NCBI GenBank assembly: GCA_965216635.1
Contig: OZ244188.1
Location: 2,016,001-2,080,000, forward strand
Reading direction: 5' to 3'
Source of the DNA: a bacterium
Lineage (GTDB): Bacteria; SAR324; XYD2-FULL-50-16; G965216635
Length of the DNA: 64,000 nucleotides
Below the pieces are notes generated by a model that was not told the DNA's origin, did not search any database, and saw nothing but the letters and a program-made list of their open reading frames with translations. The stretch's first letter is position 1. Each line of letters opens with the position of its first letter. A program made the translations under genes and the position numbers. Positions 47,698 through 57,400 of this stretch are shown in pieces.

Positions 47698-50382
47698 GTG
47701 AAAAATTACAACCCCCGTTCTTTTGAAGAGAAGATTTATCAACTTTGGGAAGAAAAAAAACAATTCAACCCAGACCAATCTAGTGAATCGGAAACTTTTA
47801 GTATAGTCATTCCTCCTCCGAATGTAACAGGTTATCTTCATATAGGACACGCTCTAGTCAATAGTCTCCAAGATATTTTAGTTCGTCGCAAAAGAATGCA
47901 GGGCTATAAAACTCTTTGGTTGCCCGGTACAGATCATGCGGGCATTTCTACCCAAATTGTTGTAGAAAAAGATTTGCTAAAAAAAGGCATAAAAAGAAAA
48001 GAATTGGGCAAAGAAAAATTTGTCCAACTGGTTTGGGAGTGGAAAGAAAAACACGGCAATCAAATTTATAAGCAACTCAAGAGACTTGGGGCATCGTTGG
48101 ATTGGAGTAGAGAAAAATTTACTTTAGACGAGAGTTTGTCTCAAGCGGTACGAAAATCCTTTGTAAGTCTTTATAATGAAGGTTTAATTTACCGCGCTGA
48201 ATATTTGGTGCATTGGTGTCCCAAGGATAGAACAGCTTTGTCTGATTTAGAAGTAGATTTTTTGGAAATAAAGGGAGAATTGACGCAGATCCGTTATCCA
48301 CTAGTAGCTGAAAAAGGATTTATTGAGATTGCAACCACTCGCCCCGAAACTCTTTTGGGAGATACTGCTATTGTTGTGCATCCTGAGGACAAAAGATACA
48401 AAAACCTAATTGGGAAAAAGGCTTTGGTGCCTTTGGTAAAAAGAGAAATTTGTATTATTGCCGATGAATCCTGCGACCCAGAATTTGGTACTGGAGCGGT
48501 AAAAATCACTCCCGCACACGACCCGAATGATTTTCTTTTGGGTAAAAAATACTCATTAGAATTTATCAATATTTTTGACGAAACTGCAAAAATAAACTCG
48601 GTTTATCCCGATTTGAAGGGAGTGGATAGATTTGAAGCTCGCAAAAAAATTATAGAAATTTTGAAAAAAGAAGGTTTGTGGGTGAGTTCTAAAACACATA
48701 TTCATAGCGTAGGGCATAGTCAGAGAAGTAAAACTGTGATTGAGCCGAGGATTTCTACACAGTGGTTTTGCAAAATGGATGCAATGGCTCAAGCTGCCTT
48801 AAAAGAAGTAGATAAAAAAAAAGTGCAGTTTTTTCCAGTATCCCAAGAAAAAATTTTTCGTGAATGGTTAGGCAATATTCAAGATTGGTGTCTATCGCGT
48901 CAGCTTTGGTGGGGACATCCCATTCCTGCTTGGCATTGTAACGAATGCGGTGAAATTTCTGTTTCTGAGAAAGAAATTAAAAAATGCCAAAAATGCGATT
49001 CTTCAAAAATCACTCCTGATCCAGATGTTTTAGATACTTGGTTTAGCTCTGGGTTGTTTCCTTTTTCTACTATGGGATGGCCCAACGAAAAAGTAGTAGA
49101 TTTTAAAAATTTTTATCCTAATTCAGTTTTGGTTACGGGCTACGATATTCTTTTTTTCTGGGTGGCGCGTATGATTATGCTAGGAATCAAACTCACAAAA
49201 CAAGTTCCTTTTCCCGAAGTTTTTTTACATGGTTTGGTTAGAGATGAAAAAGGAGAAAAAATGTCTAAGACTAAAGGCAATGTAATTGACCCTTTAGAAA
49301 TTATTGAAAAACACGGAGCTGATGCTTTACGGTTTTCTCTTTGCAAATTAACAATAGGAGTGAAAGATTTAAAATTGCCTGAGCAAGAGATTATCCAATC
49401 CAAATATTTTATTAACAAACTCTGGAACGCTACCAAGTTTGTGCTTTTTCACCTAGAGAAAAATCAAATCACAGATGGAGACCCCCTTTTGCTTAAAAAA
49501 CCAGAAAAACTAGATATGGCTAGTGGTTGGATTATAGAAGAACTTAAACAATTAGTAGTAAATTATAATGATCAACTAGACCAGTATCGATTTTTTGAAG
49601 TAGCTAAACTGCTTTATAATTTTATCTGGGGAAATTTTTGTGATTGGTATATTGAAAGCACTAAGCCTATGCTTTTTGACAAGCTGGGCGAAGAGAAAAA
49701 ACAATCGGCTTTATTTACTTTGTGTTTTGTTTTGGAGCAGAGTTTAAAATTACTGCACCCGATTTGTCCTTTTGTGAGCGAAAAGCTGTGGCGAGAATTA
49801 CCCACAACCGCGGGTTTTTTGATGACGCAAAAATTTCCTATAGGAGAAACCCCGATAACTCAATATATACTGAGCGATACAAATGAGCACGCGAGATTTT
49901 TTGAAGGATTGGAAGTATTAATCAATACAATTCGTACAGTACAAGGAGAAAATCATTTAAAACAAAAAACAGATTTTTTCTTATTTATTAAATCTGACTC
50001 AGAAGATTTTATTATTAAAAATTTAGAAAATAAAATAAAAGAATATGAACCTATGTTTCTTCATCTATCCAATCTTAATCATATAGAATTTAAGAAATTA
50101 GAAGAATTTGAAGATGCCGAAAAAGAAGGTTATGCTATTTTTCAAGGAAGAGAATATGCTTTTACGCTAAAATTACTCAGTAAAAACATAACTGGTGAAA
50201 AAAAAAGATTAGAATCACAACTAGCTAATTTCAATAAAAGGAAAGAGCATCTAGAAACCAAACTCAAAAACCCTTCTTTTGTAGCAAAAGCTCCTTATTA
50301 TCTTGTGCAAAACAATGAAAAAGAAGTTTCTGATTTAAAAACACGGATACAAAAAACCGAACAGCAACTCAAAGAATTATGA
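47698..50382 (+). CDS. valS: valine--tRNA ligase
   Basis: PPPNVTGYLHIGH, DWCLSRQLWWGH, KMSKT, C-terminal coiled coil. Confidence 0.97.
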   Translation: MKNYNPRSFEEKIYQLWEEKKQFNPDQSSESETFSIVIPPPNVTGYLHIGHALVNSLQDILVRRKRMQGYKTLWLPGTDHAGISTQIVVEKDLLKKGIKRKELGKEKFVQLVWEWKEKHGNQIYKQLKRLGASLDWSREKFTLDESLSQAVRKSFVSLYNEGLIYRAEYLVHWCPKDRTALSDLEVDFLEIKGELTQIRYPLVAEKGFIEIATTRPETLLGDTAIVVHPEDKRYKNLIGKKALVPLVKREICIIADESCDPEFGTGAVKITPAHDPNDFLLGKKYSLEFINIFDETAKINSVYPDLKGVDRFEARKKIIEILKKEGLWVSSKTHIHSVGHSQRSKTVIEPRISTQWFCKMDAMAQAALKEVDKKKVQFFPVSQEKIFREWLGNIQDWCLSRQLWWGHPIPAWHCNECGEISVSEKEIKKCQKCDSSKITPDPDVLDTWFSSGLFPFSTMGWPNEKVVDFKNFYPNSVLVTGYDILFFWVARMIMLGIKLTKQVPFPEVFLHGLVRDEKGEKMSKTKGNVIDPLEIIEKHGADALRFSLCKLTIGVKDLKLPEQEIIQSKYFINKLWNATKFVLFHLEKNQITDGDPLLLKKPEKLDMASGWIIEELKQLVVNYNDQLDQYRFFEVAKLLYNFIWGNFCDWYIESTKPMLFDKLGEEKKQSALFTLCFVLEQSLKLLHPICPFVSEKLWRELPTTAGFLMTQKFPIGETPITQYILSDTNEHARFFEGLEVLINTIRTVQGENHLKQKTDFFLFIKSDSEDFIIKNLENKIKEYEPMFLHLSNLNHIEFKKLEEFEDAEKEGYAIFQGREYAFTLKLLSKNITGEKKRLESQLANFNKRKEHLETKLKNPSFVAKAPYYLVQNNEKEVSDLKTRIQKTEQQLKEL

Positions 50383-50479
50383 TTGACGAAAAAAATTTTT
50401 CACTCCTTTTAGAAAGATTGGCTTTTGAAAAACAAGGGAATATTTTTAGTAAATTTTTCAAAGAAGCTGAACTAAAAGT

Positions 50480-50712
50480 TGATTTTGAAAACAAACTTGT
50501 ATTAGATAGGTATTTACTCCCATATTTTCTCCTACTATTTTTCCTATAACCGCCCCTGCTGTACCTGATACACATTTTCCAGCCTTACTGCTCCTACTGC
50601 ACAGCCTAGCAATGCGTGGGATGTTTTATGAGTAAGATAAGTGCTGACGCTATTTGCTTCTAGTCCTTTGCTTTCCCAAGCATCTTGTTTTCTATTTTCA
50701 TAATATTTTTCT
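50480..50712 (-). pseudogene. frameshifted remnant of an exoprotein pre-toxin region
   Basis: STYLTHKTSHALLGCAVGA / AGKCVSGTAGAVIGKIVGE aligns with AAYLGHKAAHAGLGCAVG..AGDCKSGAFGGVAGEIVGE of the large exoprotein. Confidence 0.75.
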
Positions 50713-50734
50713 TCTGTGAATACAACTACTATGG

Positions 50735-51307
50735 TTATTTATTGGGGTCTATGCGATTAAAATGATAATCATGATAACCATCATATTCACTAACTTTCCC
50801 TCCCCATCTATAATATTGGGGTTCTCCTTTGCGTAAAACAAATATTTTTCTTATGACAGAGTGTTCTTCACTTTTAAATGAAGATAATCCGCGTGAAAGA
50901 GCTAACACTATTGTTCTCTCTTTTTTGCCATTGAGTGGAATATGCATTAATATTTTTTCTCTATGTGCGGGGCAACCTACAATTCTACTAACATCTCTTT
51001 TCATCAGACTGTAATTATAAGAACCGTATTCTGTTCTAGATTCGCGATATTTTTTAATATCTAAAAGAGGATCATCCTCCAAAGATTTTAAAAGATAAAT
51101 ACAGTTTCTATTCTTTAGATTCACATATTTATCTCTTACCAAAACCAATAGGACTGTATCTGAAGTCTTTTCTTTAAACATTCTTTGGTTTTGAGTTGTT
51201 TTAGCTTTTTGGTAAGGAACGGCAATATACCAAATATCACTACTACAACCTATTAAAAATAAAGAAACGGTTAATAATACTAGGCGATGGAATAATTTAA
51301 ATTTCAT
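50735..51307 (-). CDS. lipoprotein, candidate immunity protein, copy 1
   Basis: Lipobox LIGC; lies in the toxin tail region. Confidence 0.75.
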   Translation of the reverse strand: MKFKLFHRLVLLTVSLFLIGCSSDIWYIAVPYQKAKTTQNQRMFKEKTSDTVLLVLVRDKYVNLKNRNCIYLLKSLEDDPLLDIKKYRESRTEYGSYNYSLMKRDVSRIVGCPAHREKILMHIPLNGKKERTIVLALSRGLSSFKSEEHSVIRKIFVLRKGEPQYYRWGGKVSEYDGYHDYHFNRIDPNK

Positions 51308-51499
51308 TGTATTTTTATATTTTAAATTTAGTTATTCGGTAAAACTCCAGTAGAACGAAGATAATCTTCTGTATAATTACTTGGTTGAGTAAATTCATGG
51401 TTTTCATCGTTTTCTTCTTTAGGAGGAGAAATTTGGTTAAATAAGCGATCTACCCCCCAACCTATATATTTTTCAATACTGTGAATACAACTACTATGG

Positions 51500-52057
51500 T
51501 TATTTATTGGGGTCTATGCGATTAAAATAATAATCATGGGTTTCACTAATTCTCCCTCCCCATCTATAATATTGAGGTTCTCCTTTGCGTAAAACAAATA
51601 TTTTTCTTATGACAGATTGTTCTTCACTTTTAGATAATCCGCGTGAAAGAGCTAACACTATTGTTCTTTCTTTTTTGCCATTGAGTGGAATATGCATTAA
51701 TATTTTTTCTCTATTTTCGGGGCAACCTACAATTCTACTAACATCTTTTTTCATCTTACTGTAACGATAAGAACCGTATTCTGTTCTAGATTTGCGATAT
51801 TTTTTAATATCTAAAAGAAGATCATCCTCCAAAGATTTTAAAAGATAAATACAGTTTCTATACTTTAGATTCAAGTATTTATCTCTTACCAAAACCAATA
51901 GGACTGTATCTGAAGTTTTTTCTTTAAACATTCTTTGGTTTTGAGTTGTTTTAGCTTTTTGGTAAGGAACGGCAATATACCAAATCTCACTACTACAACC
52001 TATTAAAAATAAAGAAACGGTTAATAATACTAGGCGATGGAATAATTTGAATTTCAT
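51500..52057 (-). CDS. lipoprotein, candidate immunity protein, copy 2
   Basis: Paralog of 50735-51307. Confidence 0.75.
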   Translation of the reverse strand: MKFKLFHRLVLLTVSLFLIGCSSEIWYIAVPYQKAKTTQNQRMFKEKTSDTVLLVLVRDKYLNLKYRNCIYLLKSLEDDLLLDIKKYRKSRTEYGSYRYSKMKKDVSRIVGCPENREKILMHIPLNGKKERTIVLALSRGLSKSEEQSVIRKIFVLRKGEPQYYRWGGRISETHDYYFNRIDPNK

Positions 52058-52302
52058 TGTATTTTTATATTTTAAATTTAGTTATTCGGTAAAACTCCAA
52101 TAGAATTAAGATAATCTTCTGTATAATTACTTGGTTGAGTAAATTCATGGTTTTCATCGTTTTCTTCTTTAGGAGGAGAAATTTGGTTAAATAAGCGATC
52201 TACCCCCCAACCTGTGCCAACATGAACCCCAAGCTGCACTGGAGATTGTTTAATTACTATTTTTTTAAGTAAAAAAATATTGTTCCATTTGGGTAAAAAG
52301 CT

Positions 52303-52764
52303 TTACCTCCAGTCATCTATATTTTCTGAGTTGTAATAATAAATTTTAGTACTGGAATTCGTTATATCTATTATTTCTACTCTATCATTAAATATTATTA
52401 TATTACTACTACCTCCATAACCATATATGTATCCATCAACAAAACCTTCAATTTGTTTATCTATAGGAGCAAAACCCCTATTCCGCTGCATTTTAAATGT
52501 AATCGTTCCTGTTTCAAAAGGATGAAATTTATATATTTTTTTTTCATCAACATCTATAGGTGATAAAATTTTTCTAGGATAATCTTGATTCATAATTATA
52601 AAACTAAATTTTGAAGAATCTGATTTATTGGTTACAGTTATTTTTAATTTATCTCCAAAAAAATAATTTATAAAAATCAGACCTACACTAATAATTAAAA
52701 CTATTGTACCTATTGAAGCAAATAAAGGGTATAGAAAATTTCTAAAAAATCTCTTACTTATCAT
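52303..52764 (-). CDS. membrane-anchored hypothetical protein, candidate immunity protein
   Basis: N-terminal TM helix; start overlaps the stop of a truncated upstream frame. Confidence 0.65.
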   Translation of the reverse strand: MISKRFFRNFLYPLFASIGTIVLIISVGLIFINYFFGDKLKITVTNKSDSSKFSFIIMNQDYPRKILSPIDVDEKKIYKFHPFETGTITFKMQRNRGFAPIDKQIEGFVDGYIYGYGGSSNIIIFNDRVEIIDITNSSTKIYYYNSENIDDWR

Positions 52765-52846
52765 CGGTATACCTCCCTATATAAGCTTTCAACCAATCTT
52801 GTATAGATAAAGGTTTATTAAAATTAGGAATAGAATTAGGATTATT

Positions 52847-54341
52847 TAGTCATCCCTTAAAAAGTCTAAAATTACTAAAAAGTGATAGATTTTCTAAAAA
52901 TATAGCTTAAAAAGAACCTTCTTTTTAACAACAATAATAGCTCATACGCTATTATCCATTTCCTTATGTTCCAAGCAGATGCTGCTAGCAATAAATTTAT
53001 CTCATCTCCTAGATATCCTTTAAGGTAATTTCTGCATAATCTGAAATTCTTCTTTAAATGTCCTATCATAGGCTCTATTGCCGCTCGTCTTTTGTATAAG
53101 GTTCTTTTCTTCGCTTTTTGATAATAACTATCTTGTTTTTTTGCTCTATTCGGTATCAGTATCTCTGTTTGTCCTACTTGCCTTTTTCCTCTATACCCTC
53201 TATCACAGATAGCTGTTTTTATCGGTTGCTTTCTATTTTGTCCTGCTACTTCTAATACTTCCTTTAACGTCTTGCTATCGTGGATATTTTTATCATGACT
53301 TACTACCGCTACGATTATCCCACTCTTCTTTGTTTCTACTACGCTTGCCTTTGTTCCATACTCATACTTCTTATGCTCTTTTCCTTTACTCATACAATAG
53401 ATATGTGGCTCGTGTAGGGAATATATCTTATCCTTATCTTGTTTCTTTTGCAATAATACTCTACGATACAATCTAAATTGCTCCTCGTATCTTGCTAATT
53501 GCTCTTTGGGTAGCTTTCGCTCTAATTCTCTTATCTGTCTTGCTCCTAGTATTTTTAAATGCTTCGTTGCTTTTTTTGCTTTAGCTCTCTTGGATACATT
53601 CTTAAAATACCTTAAACTCATTCTTGCTTCTTTCACTTCTTTTCCATAAGTGCGTCTTTGTTGGATATTATGCGCCTTGGCTATCTTATTGGCATTGTGA
53701 ATTATTTTTATCGCTAATTTAGCATCTGTAGGATAACTGATATTCTTCTCCTGCACTGTGCTATCTATTATTACTTCTTTCTCTTCTGCTTCTTTACCAT
53801 GTAGTCGCACAGTTTCTTTAAAGATTAACTCAATCCCTGCTTTTCCTATCCGATTTCTAAAATGCACTAATTCGCTAGCATCACAAGGACAACAGGACTC
53901 GTATTTCGGATAACCACAAAAGTATTGATAGTATGGATTTCTTTTAAACTGCAACACTATCCTCTCATCACTTAAATCTTCCAATTGTTTCAGCATCAAT
54001 AAACCTACCATTAAGCGAATAGGTTTAGCTGGACGACCTTTATCTTTTGAATAATAATGCTCAAAAGCCGTATCAAACACTTTCCAATCTATAACATAAC
54101 TGAGCTGTATTAAAGGATCTTTAGCGTCTAATTGGTGCAAAAGATCGTTGTAGAACAGATTCTGTCTTCTGTCCTTTGGTTTTGTTTTGGTTAACATTAT
54201 GGATTTTATCTGTTAATATTGAATTGAGAAAAACAACCAGAGAATAAGCCTATAGTTTCAAAAACTGGTTGTTTTATAACTAGATTTTAGTCTTTCTTTC
54301 TAGTATTTTCAAGAGAATAATGACTTTTTAAGGGAAAACTA
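52847..54341 (-). mobile_element. IS5-family insertion sequence
   Basis: 20-bp inverted repeats TAGTCATCCCTTAAAAAGTC (52847-52866) / GACTTTTTAAGGGAAAACTA (54322-54341), 18/20 match. Confidence 0.9.
52875..54197 (-). CDS. IS5-family DDE transposase
   Basis: GRPAKPIRLM, IDSTVQEKNI.YPTD, DRGYRG, RRAAIEPMIGHLK. Confidence 0.93.
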   Translation of the reverse strand: MLTKTKPKDRRQNLFYNDLLHQLDAKDPLIQLSYVIDWKVFDTAFEHYYSKDKGRPAKPIRLMVGLLMLKQLEDLSDERIVLQFKRNPYYQYFCGYPKYESCCPCDASELVHFRNRIGKAGIELIFKETVRLHGKEAEEKEVIIDSTVQEKNISYPTDAKLAIKIIHNANKIAKAHNIQQRRTYGKEVKEARMSLRYFKNVSKRAKAKKATKHLKILGARQIRELERKLPKEQLARYEEQFRLYRRVLLQKKQDKDKIYSLHEPHIYCMSKGKEHKKYEYGTKASVVETKKSGIIVAVVSHDKNIHDSKTLKEVLEVAGQNRKQPIKTAICDRGYRGKRQVGQTEILIPNRAKKQDSYYQKAKKRTLYKRRAAIEPMIGHLKKNFRLCRNYLKGYLGDEINLLLAASAWNIRKWIIAYELLLLLKRRFFLSYIFRKSITF

Positions 54342-54404
54342 CTTACAATACAATCAAAGAACAGCCAGCTTATTGATGGTTTTTTTGTTTAAGGATATAC
54401 TTTT

Positions 54405-57400
54405 TTATTTTAAAAGAGGTTTGCCGCTAAAGTCTCTCTCATGATAAGATGGTGGTGATTGTACATTTGACGATGGCGCAAAAGGATTTCTCCAACCTCC
54501 TTCGGGTGGATCGTTAGGGTTAGGTAAAGCGTCTAAAATGTCTTTAGTTAATTTTCTATAATCTATATTTTTTTTAAGAAATTTTGTAAAATCTGTAGAC
54601 GATTTAGATTTATTGGGAAAAAAAATATCATCTGGATTAGTGTAGTTCATGAAATTTTCATAGTTGACAGATTCATGTCGTCTTATACGGAAAGAATCAT
54701 TATCAAAAAGTTTTTCAAAAGTTCTCATTGCCTTTATGGTTGGCATTATAAATACTCCTTCAATAGAATTTGGTATTTTGGGGTTATGTTCATTATACAA
54801 TCTAAAAATCTGTGAATAAGGAATTATATCTTCTAGTGATTCTGGTAAAGATTCAGTAGTAATTATAGATTCTAATAGTTTAAGTGTTATTTTACTTGTT
54901 GTCATCCCCCCTTTAGTGAAGTAATCCATAATTATATCAGTCTGGAGTTTAAAAATTTCTTCAGTATTTTTTGTAGTATTATGAAAGTCTTTTCCATGGG
55001 TTGGAAACCCTTTTTTCTTATCTAAAGCGTCACTAAAATCTGATAAAATCAATCTATCATATTCATCAACACTCTCAAGGATATCTTTTGTGGTTCTATT
55101 AATACTTCTTTGTTCTTTCTCTTCTCTTTCTTTGTGTTTTAAATTATTTTTTTCTAAAACTGCTACCGCGTCACAAGCTTCTTTCATATTATTTTCAAAG
55201 CATAATTCTTTAGCTTTTTCTAAATTTCTTTCTGGATCAGTATAAAGAAAATTATTTTCTACTGCGTTTTTAGCGGATTGTTGAGCTACGTTTATATCTA
55301 GTCCATTTGCTCCTGCTGGGAATATTGTTGCTATTTGTGATATGGTTGAAACCTGTGCGTCACTTAAATCTGTATTGTTTCCTACTGCTTCTCCTACGAT
55401 TTCTCCTGCTACTCCACCAAAAGCACCTGACTTGCAGTCTCCAGCTTTCCAAATACCAACTGCACAACCAAGCCCAGCGTGTGCTGCTTTGTGTCCCAAA
55501 TAAGCTGCACTACCTATCCCTCCTGCTTTAGAATCTGCGGCTAGGTTTTCTCCTATAAAGTTTGCTCCTTTTTCTGCGACTGTGTCTATAACTGCTGCTT
55601 TGTAGTCTGCTTCTAAACGGTATCCAAATTCTTTTAAAGTTTCTCCTGCAGCTAGAGATTGAACTGCTGTTCCTACGGTCGTGTGTGCTAGTTTTTGCAC
55701 ATATTCATTTCCAAAAGCCCCATAGTCAGTTGCAGTGGGTGTTTTTTCTACTCCTGCTAGTGCATCTATTCCAGAAACTGCTGCAGCTGTAACTGAGGCT
55801 ACAGCTGCGTTTCTTAGGTTCTCTTCTGTAAAGGTATTGTGAGACGTTTCGGTTAAAGCTCCTTCTAAATTATTTCCTCTGCCTACTTCATTGATTAAAC
55901 TGACTGCTGCTACAGTGGCAAGGCTCGATAAACCAGCTCCTATTATTGCTCCTCCTACTCCTCCAGTAGCTCCTGCCACTACTAAAGTAACTGCTAAAGC
56001 CGCTTCTTCGGTTAGCCCTGAATTGTTATAATCTAAGCTCTGGTATGAGTTTGTTTTGCCTGTAAATTCAACAGAATCTCCTGCTTGAGCTAATACTTGA
56101 GACTGCCATCCTCCTTCTTTTTGTAATCTTGCTTTGGCTTCTTCGTCTGTTTCGTAAGTATCTATGTTTCTACAGCCTTTAAAAACAACACATCTTTTCT
56201 TTGTTGTTTTTTGTTTTACATAGTCTAGTTTTACTCCTTTTGCAGCTTTTATTTTTAGATTACCTTGAATGTTGTTGTCTTTTTGTGTGGAGTTATTATG
56301 ACCATCTCCTTTGTCCTTTTGCCATAATGACCCTCTTCCTTTTTCTGTTCTTGAATAATAATTACTTTCTTCTGCTGTTTCAAAGCGAATAGCTCCTTCT
56401 TTACTAGTAAGGTAAAGATCATTTTTCCCGTCTTTTCCTGCTTTAAGCTCTGCTGCTTTTAAGAGCACTTCTGTATTTCCAGAAAGACTCAAACTGCCTC
56501 CTGATTTGATGGAGCTAGAAACTGCTGTCGCATTATACCAAGTTGTTTTTATATCATTTCCTTTAGCAGATTTGAAAATACCATCCCCGCCTCTACCTCT
56601 TGTATTTCTTTCTCCTTCGGTTGTGTTATAAACAGGAACAACATAAAGACCTCCGTCAGCGTGTATATCTACATCTCCTTGGGCTTCTAGGTTAGCTCCT
56701 TGAATTACAGTATTTCCGCCAGAACGTGTGATTAAATTTCCTCCAGCGTTGATATTAGAAAAAGCATGTGTAGTTGTCTTTGTAAAACCATCGGATCTTT
56801 GTTCTTTATTAATCACTCCAATAGATTCAGCACTGATATTTCCTTCTGCGATTAAATAAATATCCTCTCCAGCGTTGACATCTGCGGCTACTATATTTAT
56901 ATCCTGTCCTGCTATAGCTGTGAAATTTCCAGTAGTGCGGACACTAGCATTCTGGTAGATAACTCCATCAATATTTTCTCCATCTTCAGTTTCTTTATAC
57001 AAGCTCTCTACATTAATACTTCCTTGTGCGTTTAGATAGATGCCTCCGTTTCCTGCTTGCAGACTGCCACTGCTATTGATATTATTGCTTGCAATCAAAT
57101 TTAAGGCATTATCGCTTTGTAGAGTTCCAGTATTAGAAACATTTCCAGCCTGTATGGTAGTTCCATCAACGCTTCTAATAGTTCCGCTATTTACTACTCG
57201 TTCCCTGTTTCCTAAAATAGAAAAATAGGCTTTTTTGATTAAATTGGTATAGCTTTGTTCGTCAAAATCTGTTTCTTTGACTCTTTTGATTTCACTTTCA
57301 CTTTTCCCTTCTTTTCTCATTTGGGCTATTTTGTTGTTCAAAGCTCCCTCAAATTTTGCTCTAGCGTCTACCAATTTTTTATCAACGATTGCATCATATT

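Larger units (their letters stand above)
50714..52213. repeat. tandem duplication (~750-bp unit: toxin-tip remnant plus lipoprotein gene)
   Basis: Units 50714-51463 and 51479-52213. Confidence 0.9.

Noticed and set aside
50714..52213. Diversity-generating retroelement template/variable pair
   Set aside because: No reverse transcriptase in the window, both copies are full genes, and differences include indels and non-adenine changes
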